Assembly: GCA_963926275.1 (NCBI GenBank)
Contig: CAWUWP010000108.1
Coordinates: forward strand, 1-36,127
Origin: an uncultured Gammaproteobacteria bacterium
GTDB lineage: Bacteria > Pseudomonadota > Gammaproteobacteria > UBA4575
Length of the DNA: 36,127 nucleotides
Direction: 5' to 3'
Of this stretch, positions 1 through 9,683 are shown in pieces. The notes beneath the pieces were generated by a model. That model was not told where the DNA came from and did not search any database. It worked only from the letters and a program-made list of their open reading frames with translations. How positions within the stretch are numbered: position 1 is the first letter of the stretch; each line of letters starts with the position of its first letter. The position numbers and the translations under genes are program-made.

Positions 1-2
1 CA

Positions 3-110
3 GAGCTCGTGAGCCAAATGGTGATTGAACAGGTTAAACAGCAAGTACAAACCGCCGTACAAGGCCAAGCAAATGCCAGCGCAGAAGATACGCTAAGGCT
101 TTTATCTTAA
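3..110 (+). CDS. 3' end of a flagellin-like protein (partial, runs off the window's left edge)
   Basis: Hand translation gives ELVSQMVIEQVKQQVQTAVQGQANASAEDTLRLLS*. This matches the flagellin C-terminal helix pattern Q(I/V)xQQxxxAxxxQANxxxxxxLxLL. Not in the ORF track. Confidence 0.65.
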   Translation, partial: ELVSQMVIEQVKQQVQTAVQGQANASAEDTLRLLS

Positions 111-154
111 CGTTTACACTCTTAAAGTTCACAAGCATAAACGTTAACAGGCAT

Positions 155-193
155 AAAAAAGCCCCGTCAGCTTTAAACTGACGAGGCTATTTT
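155..193. terminator. Intrinsic terminator between convergent flagellin-like gene and hisF, probably bidirectional
   Basis: AAAAAA-GCCCCGTCAG-ctttaaa-CTGACGAGGC-TATTTT. On the minus strand this is a 10-bp stem with one G:U pair followed by U6. Confidence 0.85.
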
Positions 194-219
194 CAATATC
201 GACAAATCACAAGAGCGAA

Positions 220-996
220 TCAGTCGATGCGCATCTCAATGCCTTTATCGGCCATATACTGCTTGGCTTCTTGCACGGTATGTTCACCAAAGTGAAAAAT
301 ACTCGCCGCTAATACGGCATCAGCATGGCCCAATAAAACACCTTCAGCCAAATGCTCAAGGTTTCCTACTCCACCAGAGGCGATCACCGGAATATTCACA
401 GCATCGCTTACCGCACGAGTCACGCCTAAATCAAAACCCGTTTTCACACCATCACGATCCATACTGGTTAATAACAATTCACCGGCACCGTATTCAGCCA
501 TTTTTAACGCCCATTCGATAGCATCAATACCGGTTGGTTTGCGTCCTCCGTGAGTAAAAATTTCCCACTTGTTTTGTTCGCCCTGTACTGACACCTTTTT
601 AGCATCGATTGACACAACAATGCACTGAGAACCAACTTTTTGTGAGGCTTCTTGAACAAACTCCGGATTATGTACCGCCGCTGTATTGATACCGACTTTA
701 TCTGCGCCTGCATTCAACATTCGACGAATATCTTCGACGCTTCGAATACCCCCGCCAACAGTCAGAGGAATAAATACTTGCGACGCGACCTTTTCAACCA
801 CATGTTCTATGGTATCTCTATTATCTGAGCTTGCGGTAATATCTAGAAAGGTAATTTCATCGGCGCCTTCAGCGTTATAGCGCTTAGCAATTTCTACTGG
901 ATCGCCAGCATCGCGAATGTCTACGAATTTGACTCCTTTTACAACGCGTCCTGCATCAACATCAAGACAAGGTATAATTCGTTTTGCGAGTGACAT
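220..996 (-). CDS. hisF: Imidazole glycerol phosphate synthase cyclase subunit
   Basis: [43 protein letters not shown] motifs. Confidence 0.98.
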   Translation of the reverse strand: MSLAKRIIPCLDVDAGRVVKGVKFVDIRDAGDPVEIAKRYNAEGADEITFLDITASSDNRDTIEHVVEKVASQVFIPLTVGGGIRSVEDIRRMLNAGADKVGINTAAVHNPEFVQEASQKVGSQCIVVSIDAKKVSVQGEQNKWEIFTHGGRKPTGIDAIEWALKMAEYGAGELLLTSMDRDGVKTGFDLGVTRAVSDAVNIPVIASGGVGNLEHLAEGVLLGHADAVLAASIFHFGEHTVQEAKQYMADKGIEMRID

Positions 997-1001
997 TAGT
1001 T

Positions 1002-1739
1002 TTATGTCATGTGCTTACGGGCAATTTCTTGGGCTTCCGCAAGCTCGATAGTGCCTTCATATAATGCTCGGCCCACGATTACTCCAACGATTCCTTCTTC
1101 ATCGGTAGCACACAAATTTTTAATGTCATCAATGTTAGTCACACCGCCAGAGGCAATGACGGGGATATGTATTGCTTCAGCGAGTTCCACCGTTGACTCA
1201 ATATTTAAGCCTTGCATCATTCCGTCACGACTGACATCAGTAAACACAATGGCAGCGACGCCATCGGTTTCAAAGTGTTGTGCTAAATCCACTACATCAT
1301 GATGAGATAACTTTGACCAGCCATCTATCGCCACTTTTCCATTTTTAGCATCGAGTCCCACAATTACATGTCCAGGAAATTCCAGGCACAAATCATTAAC
1401 GAAATGCGGAGCAGTCACTGCGCGTGTTCCAATAATCACATATTGAACACCCGCTTCTAAATATTCTTGAACAGTATCTTCATCACGTATTCCTCCACCG
1501 ACTTGGATAGGAATATCAGGATGATTCGCTGTGATTGATTTAATGATGTCAAAGTTGCGCGGAGCACCACTAATAGCACCATCTAAATCTACCAGATGTA
1601 ATCTTTTAGCCCCCGCCTCAATCCAGCGTTCTGCTACTGCAATCGGGTTTTCATCAAATATTGTTTCGTCTTCCATTCGGCCTTGACGTAAACGTACACA
1701 GCGGCCTTCTTTTATATCAATCGCAGGAATAATAATCAT
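1002..1739 (-). CDS. hisA: ProFAR isomerase
   Basis: [44 protein letters not shown]. Confidence 0.98.
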   Translation of the reverse strand: MIIIPAIDIKEGRCVRLRQGRMEDETIFDENPIAVAERWIEAGAKRLHLVDLDGAISGAPRNFDIIKSITANHPDIPIQVGGGIRDEDTVQEYLEAGVQYVIIGTRAVTAPHFVNDLCLEFPGHVIVGLDAKNGKVAIDGWSKLSHHDVVDLAQHFETDGVAAIVFTDVSRDGMMQGLNIESTVELAEAIHIPVIASGGVTNIDDIKNLCATDEEGIVGVIVGRALYEGTIELAEAQEIARKHMT

Positions 1740-1757
1740 GTCAGTTATTAGCTCTGT

Positions 1758-2402
1758 TTAATTGCCGTTCCAGTTGAGGAAGTTGGTTAGTAATTGTAAG
1801 CCATTATCAGCACTTTTTTCTGGGTGGCATTGCATAGCAAATACCTTACCATCTGCGAGTACTGAAGAGAATTCAATTCCATACTCTGTCACGCCTGCGG
1901 ATTGTTTTGAATCTGCAAGACTGACGTAATAGCTATGTACAAAATAAAAGTAACTGTTTTGCTCAATACCTGCCCATATTGGATGGTCCAACTTTTGATT
2001 GATTGTATTCCAACCCATATGAGGGATCTTAAGTTCACTTATTTGCTCTTTTTCATAAGCTTTGGAAAATGATTTTACTGAACCTTTCAACAAACCCAAG
2101 CACTCAGTGTCATTGTTTTCTTGGCTACGCTCTAGCAATACTTGCATGCCCATACATATGCCTAAGAATGGCTTTTCTGAAGCGGCTTTTTGGATCGACT
2201 CCGCCAAGCCGTATTGATTAATTTGGCGCATACAATCTGCTGCTGCACCTTGTCCCGGGAATATCACACGATCGCAGTTATTGATAACACCAGGATCTTT
2301 GCTAATTTGTATATCGAATTTTCCATTCGATACTTTTGTTAAAGCACTGAATACAGAATGTAGATTACTCATTCCATAATCAACAATGGCTACTTTTTCC
2401 AT
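1758..2402 (-). CDS. hisH: Imidazole glycerol phosphate synthase glutaminase subunit
   Basis: IVDYGMSNLHSV, PGQG, LGICMGMQ, IPHMGWN, YFVHSYY, HPEKS. Confidence 0.97.
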   Translation of the reverse strand: MEKVAIVDYGMSNLHSVFSALTKVSNGKFDIQISKDPGVINNCDRVIFPGQGAAADCMRQINQYGLAESIQKAASEKPFLGICMGMQVLLERSQENNDTECLGLLKGSVKSFSKAYEKEQISELKIPHMGWNTINQKLDHPIWAGIEQNSYFYFVHSYYVSLADSKQSAGVTEYGIEFSSVLADGKVFAMQCHPEKSADNGLQLLTNFLNWNGN

Positions 2403-2459
2403 AATGTAAATATAACGACTAAAATTAAGTAAAATTTAATACTTAATCAAAATAGCTCG

Positions 2460-3053
2460 CTATAGTGCTCCCTTAGTAGAAGGTAATTGATCAGTCATAC
2501 GTGGGTCCATCTCGCACGCAACACGCAACGCTCTTCCCAACGCCTTAAAGATTGTTTCGGCAATATGATGGGCATTACAACCACGCAAATTATCAACATG
2601 CATTGTTATTTGAGCATGATTGACAAAACCTTGTAAAAATTCAATGACTAAGTCCACATCAAAATCACCAATACGAGCACGCGGGAAATCAGCGTGGTAT
2701 TCAAGCCCTGGGCGACCAGAGAAATCTATCACTACTCTTGATAACGCCTCGTCTAACGGCACATAAGCATGTCCATAACGACGCACACCTTTTTTATCAC
2801 CCATGGCTTTGTTAAAGGCCTGGCCTAAAGTAATTCCCGCATCCTCAACTGTATGATGCGCATCAATATGCAAATCGCCTTTAGCCTTCAATTTGATATC
2901 GAACTGGCCATGACGAACAACTTGATCAAGCATGTGGTCAAGAAAAGGCACGCCACTATCGAGCTCACCCTTACCGCTGCCGTCAATTTCTAATTCAACA
3001 GAGATTTGAGTTTCTAAAGTGTTTCGATCAATTTTTGCAGCACGTGAAGACAT
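2460..3053 (-). CDS. hisB: Imidazoleglycerol-phosphate dehydratase (monofunctional)
   Basis: [29 protein letters not shown]; no phosphatase domain. Confidence 0.98.
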   Translation of the reverse strand: MSSRAAKIDRNTLETQISVELEIDGSGKGELDSGVPFLDHMLDQVVRHGQFDIKLKAKGDLHIDAHHTVEDAGITLGQAFNKAMGDKKGVRRYGHAYVPLDEALSRVVIDFSGRPGLEYHADFPRARIGDFDVDLVIEFLQGFVNHAQITMHVDNLRGCNAHHIAETIFKALGRALRVACEMDPRMTDQLPSTKGAL

Positions 3054-3107
3054 AGTGATTTATTGTGTGAATAACAGTTATATTTAGATTCTGATTGTAG
3101 TGCTAAT

Positions 3108-3545
3108 TTACACTTCTAGCCAGAAGGTAACTGGCCCATCGTTGGTTAATGTCACTTGCATATCGGCACCAAATACACCGTGCTGAACATTATTATATTC
3201 TTTTTTAGCGTGAGTAATTAACTGCTGAAAATATTGTTTGCCGATCTCAGCAGATACATTTTTACCAAAGCTAGGCCGGTTGCCGCGCTTAGTATCCGCT
3301 ACCAAGGTGAATTGTGGCACGATAATCAAACCACCATGGTTATCTAGTAGGCTAAGGTTCATTTTATCAGCATTATCCGGAAATATTCGGAAATTCATGA
3401 TGCGATGGAATAAACGCTCACACTTCTCTGTCGTGTCGCCAGATTGCACAGCAACTAAGGCAACAATACCGGTTTCGATCTTTGCCACCGTCTGATTATT
3501 GATGTTCACCTGTCCAGCAGACACTCGCTGTATCAGTCCTATCAT
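3108..3545 (-). CDS. dtd: D-aminoacyl-tRNA deacylase
   Basis: IQRV, PQFTL, GNRPSF, FGADMQV, NDGPVT. Confidence 0.96.
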   Translation of the reverse strand: MIGLIQRVSAGQVNINNQTVAKIETGIVALVAVQSGDTTEKCERLFHRIMNFRIFPDNADKMNLSLLDNHGGLIIVPQFTLVADTKRGNRPSFGKNVSAEIGKQYFQQLITHAKKEYNNVQHGVFGADMQVTLTNDGPVTFWLEV

Positions 3546-4492
3546 GAGTATCGTGTCGCCAGCTCGTTAGTTGCTGTCACTAATGCACTGACAATTTCTG
3601 GCTCACTCGCAGAATGACCACTAGTAGGGGCTATATAATATTCTGCCTGTGGCCACACCTGATGAAGCGCATAGGCCTGCGTGATAGGGCAAACCACATC
3701 ATAGCGACCATGAACGATATAGCCGGGAATATCAGTTAACAAATAAGCATCGCGTAATAACTGATTTGGCTCTAAATAAGATCCATACATAAAGTAATGG
3801 CATTCAATTCTGGCCAGACTTAGCGCCACTGCATCATCACCAAAATGATCAGCTACACTTTGCTTTGGATGCAGTGTTGATGTGCGACCTTCCCAAGCTG
3901 ACCACTCTCTAGCCGCGTTTAGTTGTTCTTGCTTGTTATCACTAGTTAGACGCTGATAATAAGCTTTCACCATATTATTGCGTTCTTTTATGGGAATGAC
4001 TGCCTGGTAGTCTTGCCAATAATCTGGGAATATTGCGCTGGCTCCTTGCTGATAAAACCAGGCTATATCCTCCGGTCGGCAAAGGAATATTCCCCTCAGG
4101 ACCAAGCCTAATACGTTATTGGCATGAGCTTGAGCATAGGCCAGCCCTAATGTGGATCCCCATGAACCTCCAAACACGACCCACTTATCAATATTTAGCT
4201 CATCGCGTATTTTCTCAATATCAGCGATTAGATGTTGAGTGGTATTTTCTTGCAAACTTGCATGCGGTTTGGACCGACCTGACCCACGCTGATCGAAAAG
4301 AATGATTCGATATTTTTCTGGGTCAAAGAATCTAGGGTGGTAGCTTTCACAACCAGCGCCTGGTCCCCCATGCAGAAAAACAGCAGGAATTCCCTGTGGG
4401 TTTCCATACTCAGCAATCCATAATTCATGTTTATCTGATACCGATAGATAAATTTCTTTGCGTGAGGATATCTCTGGATATAGTGTTAACAT
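3542..4492 (-). CDS. pip: Proline iminopeptidase
   Basis: HGGPG, DQRGSGRS, GGSWGS nucleophile, HGRYDVVCP; 4-bp overlap with dtd. Confidence 0.95.
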   Translation of the reverse strand: MLTLYPEISSRKEIYLSVSDKHELWIAEYGNPQGIPAVFLHGGPGAGCESYHPRFFDPEKYRIILFDQRGSGRSKPHASLQENTTQHLIADIEKIRDELNIDKWVVFGGSWGSTLGLAYAQAHANNVLGLVLRGIFLCRPEDIAWFYQQGASAIFPDYWQDYQAVIPIKERNNMVKAYYQRLTSDNKQEQLNAAREWSAWEGRTSTLHPKQSVADHFGDDAVALSLARIECHYFMYGSYLEPNQLLRDAYLLTDIPGYIVHGRYDVVCPITQAYALHQVWPQAEYYIAPTSGHSASEPEIVSALVTATNELATRYS

Positions 4493-4523
4493 TTAAATAA
4501 TTCAGCTTTTTTAAGTAAGTCAC

Positions 4524-5273
4524 ATGCAATATACAAAACCACCAAAATCATTATTACATCATGCCGGCAAAGCCATTGCTGATTATAAAATGATCCAACC
4601 CAATGACCGGGTATTACTCGGGCTATCCGGTGGTAAAGACTCATTAAGCCTTTTACATATTTTATTACATTTCAAAAGACATGCACCGATTTCTTTTGAT
4701 GTCGGCGTGATTACGGTCGACCCCCAGTCAGAATCATTTGATCCTTCGCCATTAAAACCTTATCTAAAATCTTTAGGTGTACCCTATTTTTATCAATCCG
4801 AACCCATTTTAGAATTGGCTGATAAACATATGGACAACAAGTCTTTTTGTTCATTTTGTTCTCGCATGAAGCGAGGCATTATTTATAGTACTGCCAGAAA
4901 AGAAAACTATAACGTCATTGCTCTTGCACAACATCTAGATGATCTTGCGGAAAGCTTTCTAATGTCTGCTTTTCATGGAGGGAAATTAAACACGATGAAA
5001 GCTAACTACGTCATTGATGCAGGTGACCTCCGCGTCATCCGCCCGTTGGTATATGCGCGTGAAAGACAAACTCAGGAATTTGCAGAAGATGCTAAGTTAC
5101 CCGTGATTGCTGAAAATTGTCCGGCCTGTTTTGAGATGCCAACCCAGCGATATTATTTCAAACAATTATTAAACAATGAAGAGAAGAGCAACCCTGGTGT
5201 TTACAACAGTTTGTTATCTGCCATGCGACCATTAATTAGTAAAAATAATACTAACGACCAAACGCTTAGTTAA
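4524..5273 (+). CDS. ttcA: tRNA 2-thiocytidine biosynthesis protein, TtcA family
   Basis: PP-loop SGGKDS, CSFC and CPAC cysteine motifs, HLDD, VIRPL. Confidence 0.85.
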   Translation: MQYTKPPKSLLHHAGKAIADYKMIQPNDRVLLGLSGGKDSLSLLHILLHFKRHAPISFDVGVITVDPQSESFDPSPLKPYLKSLGVPYFYQSEPILELADKHMDNKSFCSFCSRMKRGIIYSTARKENYNVIALAQHLDDLAESFLMSAFHGGKLNTMKANYVIDAGDLRVIRPLVYARERQTQEFAEDAKLPVIAENCPACFEMPTQRYYFKQLLNNEEKSNPGVYNSLLSAMRPLISKNNTNDQTLS

Positions 5274-5305
5274 CTGTATTTCCATCACAATCACTATTAA
5301 ACACT

Positions 5306-6172
5306 TTGCTCATTAAATTAATTTTTGGTCTATTATCCTATTTGCCTCTTAGCGCGCATCATCGCTTAGGTAAACTTATAGGCTCGTTACTATTCATTTT
5401 TAAAAATCGTAACAAGCACATTGCCCAGGTCAATATCAATATTTGCTTTTCCAGTCTCAGCAAAGCTGACAAACAACAGTTATTAAAAAAAACACTGCAA
5501 GAAAATGGCAAAACACTTGTCGAAAGTTTTTGGTTATGGCGTCACCCGCAGAAAGCATTAGGCTCATTACTAGGCAACATCAAAAATCATCAGCTATTAA
5601 AACGTGCTAGCCAACAGGGAACAATATTTGTTACCCCACATTTTGGATCGTGGGAATTCATAGGTTTATTGACAGCAGCTAATAGCGATTTACTTATTTT
5701 ATATGCGCCTTCTAAGTCTGATCATATTACCATGCTTTCTTGCCAAGGCAGAAGCGGCACAGGCGGCACAGTGATAAGCACTCATGAATTAAATGCTAAA
5801 CATTTAATTAAACATATCAGAAATGGGGGTAGCGTAGGAATATTGCCAGACCAAGTACCGGATGGAAATGGCGGTGTTTATTCTGGTTTTTTTGGAAGAC
5901 AAACTTACACCAGCACCTTGGTTTGCAAGTTAGCTAAAAAATTACAATGCCCAGTTGTGTTTTGTTACGCCTTGCGAAACCCTCAAAAAAGTTTACGCTA
6001 CGATGCTTACTATTACGAAGCATCTAAAGATATATACAGTGAAGATATTATTCAGGCAACCAATGCATTAAATGAAAGTATTGAAAATTTCATCAATACT
6101 GCGCCTGAACAATATGTGTGGGGATATAAGCGATTTAAAAATCCGGCCTCAAGTGACAGCTACCCATACTAA
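5306..6172 (+). CDS. Lipid A late acyltransferase, LpxL/HtrB family
   Basis: PHFGSWE (HX4E), LPDQ, PEQYVWGYKRFK; TTG start is uncertain. Confidence 0.85.
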   Translation: MLIKLIFGLLSYLPLSAHHRLGKLIGSLLFIFKNRNKHIAQVNINICFSSLSKADKQQLLKKTLQENGKTLVESFWLWRHPQKALGSLLGNIKNHQLLKRASQQGTIFVTPHFGSWEFIGLLTAANSDLLILYAPSKSDHITMLSCQGRSGTGGTVISTHELNAKHLIKHIRNGGSVGILPDQVPDGNGGVYSGFFGRQTYTSTLVCKLAKKLQCPVVFCYALRNPQKSLRYDAYYYEASKDIYSEDIIQATNALNESIENFINTAPEQYVWGYKRFKNPASSDSYPY

Positions 6173-6194
6173 ACGAGTTAGTTAAGCGACCTTG

Positions 6195-6773
6195 TTAATT
6201 TTTACGCTTCGCCACTATCATGGCCTTATTTCGCCAACCTTGTTGAATGTCTCCTTGCACTCCTTCTTCCCGATAAACTAATATTTCCATGCCTTCACAT
6301 AAATCAAGAAGCTCGTTTTTTGCGAGTAGATAATCAGGGTTCGTTGGGCCCTCCTGAGATACTTTTTCTAATGTGAATGTTTGGTAAAATAATAAGCCAT
6401 CAATATGCAAACTATCACGTAGTGCTTTAAATGTAGGTTTATGTAAAAATTGCGACACGGTTAGAACATCATAACTATCTACTTCAGGTGGCATTCTTTC
6501 TACATCACGAATACTTGTATTGACGGTTAGATTTTTTTCTCGGGAGTATTTCTCTAATTGCTTCAATGCGTCAGTAGAGACATCCCAAGCATCAACTTGT
6601 AGTTTATGCTCAGCAAGAAAAATAGCATTGGCTCCCATTCCACAAGCAAGATCTAATGCCTTTCCAGCCCCAGGCAGAAGATGAGCATTGTCGATAACAA
6701 CGCTGCTAGCAGTATTGTCTTTACAGCGTTGCTTAGAATAAATTTTATTCCACTTATCCGTGATGGACTTCAT
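6195..6773 (-). CDS. Class I SAM-dependent methyltransferase, TehB-like
   Basis: ALDLACGMGANAIFLA, WDVS, GLLFYQTF, NPDYLL. Confidence 0.8.
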   Translation of the reverse strand: MKSITDKWNKIYSKQRCKDNTASSVVIDNAHLLPGAGKALDLACGMGANAIFLAEHKLQVDAWDVSTDALKQLEKYSREKNLTVNTSIRDVERMPPEVDSYDVLTVSQFLHKPTFKALRDSLHIDGLLFYQTFTLEKVSQEGPTNPDYLLAKNELLDLCEGMEILVYREEGVQGDIQQGWRNKAMIVAKRKN

Positions 6774-6779
6774 TAGTTA

Positions 6780-8234
6780 TTAACGCCGCCAAAATACGGG
6801 TGTAAATATTACAAGCAAGGTGAAGATTTCGAGTCGCCCCAGCAGCATGCCTAAACATAATATTATTTTACTAAACCCATTGATGCTCGAGTAGTTTTGA
6901 GCAACTTCCCCAAGCCCAGGGCCTAAATTATTCAGAGTGGCAGCCACCGCGGAATATGCTGTCACTTGATCTAATCCTGATGCCAAGAGCAGTAACATCA
7001 TTACAATATATACAGCAATATATGCTGATAAAAATCCCCATACTGCTTCTACAACTCGATTGTCGACTGGTTTCTTACCCAACTTCACTGCAAATTGAGC
7101 ATTCGGATGGATTAGACGCATTATCTCGCGCATCCCTTGTTTAAATAAAAGCAAGATACGAATTACTTTCATTCCACCCCCAGTTGAACCTGCGCAACCA
7201 CCAATAAAACTCGTCATGATTAATAACACGGGCAATACTGTTGGCCACAGAGAAAAATTAGTCGAGGTGAAACCCGTGGTCGTTCCAATCGATACCACTT
7301 GAAATATTGATTTAGTCAATATCGAAAACCATTGCGGGTTTGATTGATGTATAAATAATACTAAGATGGTTATCAAGCTCACTGTTGCAAGTATTGAGAT
7401 ATACATTCTAAATTCTGCATCACGCCAGTAATACAACAAAGAATGATTTCGCCATACAACAAAATGCAGTCCAAAATTCGCACCTGATGCCAGCATAAAT
7501 GCAATAGCGACCCATTCAATAGTGGGGCTATTGAAGTACTGGATGCTTAAATCATGCGTTGAGAATCCACCTATCGCTATGGTTGAAAAACTATGGCTTA
7601 TTGCATCGAATATACTCATGCCTGCAAACCAATAAGATAGGGCGCATAGAATCGTCAGTGATAAATAGATATACCACAAGGCTTTAGCGGTTTCGGTAAT
7701 TCTTGGTGTTAGCTTACTGTTTTTTACTGGGCCAGGCGTTTCTGCTCTGTATAGCTGCATTCCCCCAACACCTAACATCGGCAATATTGCAACAGCTAGA
7801 ACAATAATACCCATTCCGCCTAACCACTGAAGTTGCTGTCTGTAAAATAATATTGAATATGGCAGTGTATCTAACTGCGTCAATATCGTTGCCCCTGTTG
7901 TTGTCAATCCTGAGATTGATTCAAACAAGCTATCAATGATTGAGATATGTACAGCGTCCGAAAACAAAAATGGTAATGCGCCAAAGGTGCCAAGCACCGT
8001 CCAAAATAATACGACAATAAGGAAACCATCTCTTAGTCTTAGATCTCCCTTATGTTTGCAATATGGCAACCATAAAACTAACCCCGTCAATAATGTTGCA
8101 ACGAAAGCCTCGCCAAAACTATTAACAGCATCAGACTCTCCATAATATAATCCAACCACTAGGGGAGGCAGCATGGTGATACTAAATAGCATCAACAACT
8201 GACCTAAAATACGCTGGATGACTGAATATTGCAT
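6780..8234 (-). CDS. trkH: Trk potassium uptake membrane protein
   Basis: FESISGLTTTGAT, QWLGGMG, GGFSTH, GSTGGGMK, NNLGPG, GRLEIF. Confidence 0.97.
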   Translation of the reverse strand: MQYSVIQRILGQLLMLFSITMLPPLVVGLYYGESDAVNSFGEAFVATLLTGLVLWLPYCKHKGDLRLRDGFLIVVLFWTVLGTFGALPFLFSDAVHISIIDSLFESISGLTTTGATILTQLDTLPYSILFYRQQLQWLGGMGIIVLAVAILPMLGVGGMQLYRAETPGPVKNSKLTPRITETAKALWYIYLSLTILCALSYWFAGMSIFDAISHSFSTIAIGGFSTHDLSIQYFNSPTIEWVAIAFMLASGANFGLHFVVWRNHSLLYYWRDAEFRMYISILATVSLITILVLFIHQSNPQWFSILTKSIFQVVSIGTTTGFTSTNFSLWPTVLPVLLIMTSFIGGCAGSTGGGMKVIRILLLFKQGMREIMRLIHPNAQFAVKLGKKPVDNRVVEAVWGFLSAYIAVYIVMMLLLLASGLDQVTAYSAVAATLNNLGPGLGEVAQNYSSINGFSKIILCLGMLLGRLEIFTLLVIFTPVFWRR

Positions 8235-8249
8235 ACTTAACTTTACTAC

Positions 8250-9623
8250 TTAAACAAATGTCGCACTGACTTGAAATAATTTCTCAACATTCTTTACTTT
8301 GTTTTTATCTGCTAAAAACATAATCACGTGATCTTCAGGTGCAATAATTAAATCAGGTTTTGAAATAAGCACTTCTTCATTACGAACTATTGCGCCAATG
8401 GCAGCTCCGCGAGGTAACTTTAATTCTGATATCTTTCGACCTACAACTTTTGACGTATTTGAATCACCATGCGCTACCGCTTCAATCGCCTCAGCGGAAC
8501 CTTTACGTAGTGAATGGACGGCAACAACATCGCCCTTCCGAATATGTGCTAACAACGCACCAATAGTGACTTGTTGAGGTGAGATAGCGATATCGATCAT
8601 GCCACTTTCAACAAGCTCTACATAGCTAGGCCGATTAATTAATGACATAGTTTTTCTTGCACCTAAACGCTTTGCAAGCATCGCTGATAAAATATTTGCT
8701 TCGTCATCATTAGTCAGTGCACAAAACACATCAACACTATCAATATTTTCATCTACCAGCATATTTTCATCAGCGGCATCTCCATACAATACGATAGTCT
8801 TATCTAATGTCTCTGATAGTACTCGTGCTCGATCTGCATCACGCTCAATAATCTTGACTCTAAAATGTGGCTCTAACATTTCTGCTAACTGTGAACCTAT
8901 ATTCCCACCACCTGCGATTAGCACTCGACGATTTGGCTTATCTAATCCTTGCAGCATGGTGGTCACTTTTTTTGCTTGCGAAGTTGGCGAGACAAAAAAC
9001 AAATCATCACCGGCCTCTATTATAGTGTCCTCATCAATAATCAGTACATCTTCACCGCGGTACATAGCGACTATTGATGTATCCATGGTTTTCATACCAT
9101 CAAATATCTTACTAATTGATTTCCCAATAATTTGGCTATTATCATTGACTTTAATAGCTACTAATTGAACTTTGCCATTAGCAAAATTTAATACCTGTAG
9201 CGCGCCAGGGTGTTCTATTAGATTTTGTACATATTTAGACACTAGTAATTCAGGGCTAATTAATACATCAACAGGCAACGCCTCCTGAACGAATAAATCT
9301 TTATAGTCCAAATAATCTGCTGTTCGTACACGGGCTATTTTTGTAGGCGTATGAAACAACGTATAAGCAACTTGACATGCCACCATATTTGTCTCGTCGC
9401 TATTGGTTAACGCAACAATCATATTTGCGTCACGAGCACCTGCTTGCTCTAGAATACTCGGGTATGACGCATGTCCGGTAATAGTCTGCAAATCAGCACG
9501 ATCTTGTATTTCACGTAGCACATTTGGATCGTTATCAACCAACGTTATATCATTGGATTCGTTAGCCAAACTTAGCGCTAATGATCCTCCGACTTGTCCA
9601 GCACCAAGAATTATTATTTTCAT
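8250..9623 (-). CDS. trkA: Trk potassium uptake NAD-binding subunit
   Basis: Start moved to ATG at 9623 (MKIIILGAGQVG), giving 457 aa; second Rossmann motif IAGGGNIG. Confidence 0.96.
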   Translation of the reverse strand: MKIIILGAGQVGGSLALSLANESNDITLVDNDPNVLREIQDRADLQTITGHASYPSILEQAGARDANMIVALTNSDETNMVACQVAYTLFHTPTKIARVRTADYLDYKDLFVQEALPVDVLISPELLVSKYVQNLIEHPGALQVLNFANGKVQLVAIKVNDNSQIIGKSISKIFDGMKTMDTSIVAMYRGEDVLIIDEDTIIEAGDDLFFVSPTSQAKKVTTMLQGLDKPNRRVLIAGGGNIGSQLAEMLEPHFRVKIIERDADRARVLSETLDKTIVLYGDAADENMLVDENIDSVDVFCALTNDDEANILSAMLAKRLGARKTMSLINRPSYVELVESGMIDIAISPQQVTIGALLAHIRKGDVVAVHSLRKGSAEAIEAVAHGDSNTSKVVGRKISELKLPRGAAIGAIVRNEEVLISKPDLIIAPEDHVIMFLADKNKVKNVEKLFQVSATFV

Positions 9624-9683
9624 TGTTATTATGAGATCAAATTTGGAGCAAATTGTAACTTTATTCGATGCTAACAAACACCG

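Noticed and set aside
2424-2447. ATTAAGTA-N8-TACTTAAT inverted repeat between hisB and hisH
   Set aside because: Almost all A/T in an AT-rich spacer, so plausible by chance; too weak for a terminator and no supporting context
3054-3107. Possible his attenuator upstream of hisB
   Set aside because: No His-codon leader peptide or terminator hairpin in the 54-bp spacer
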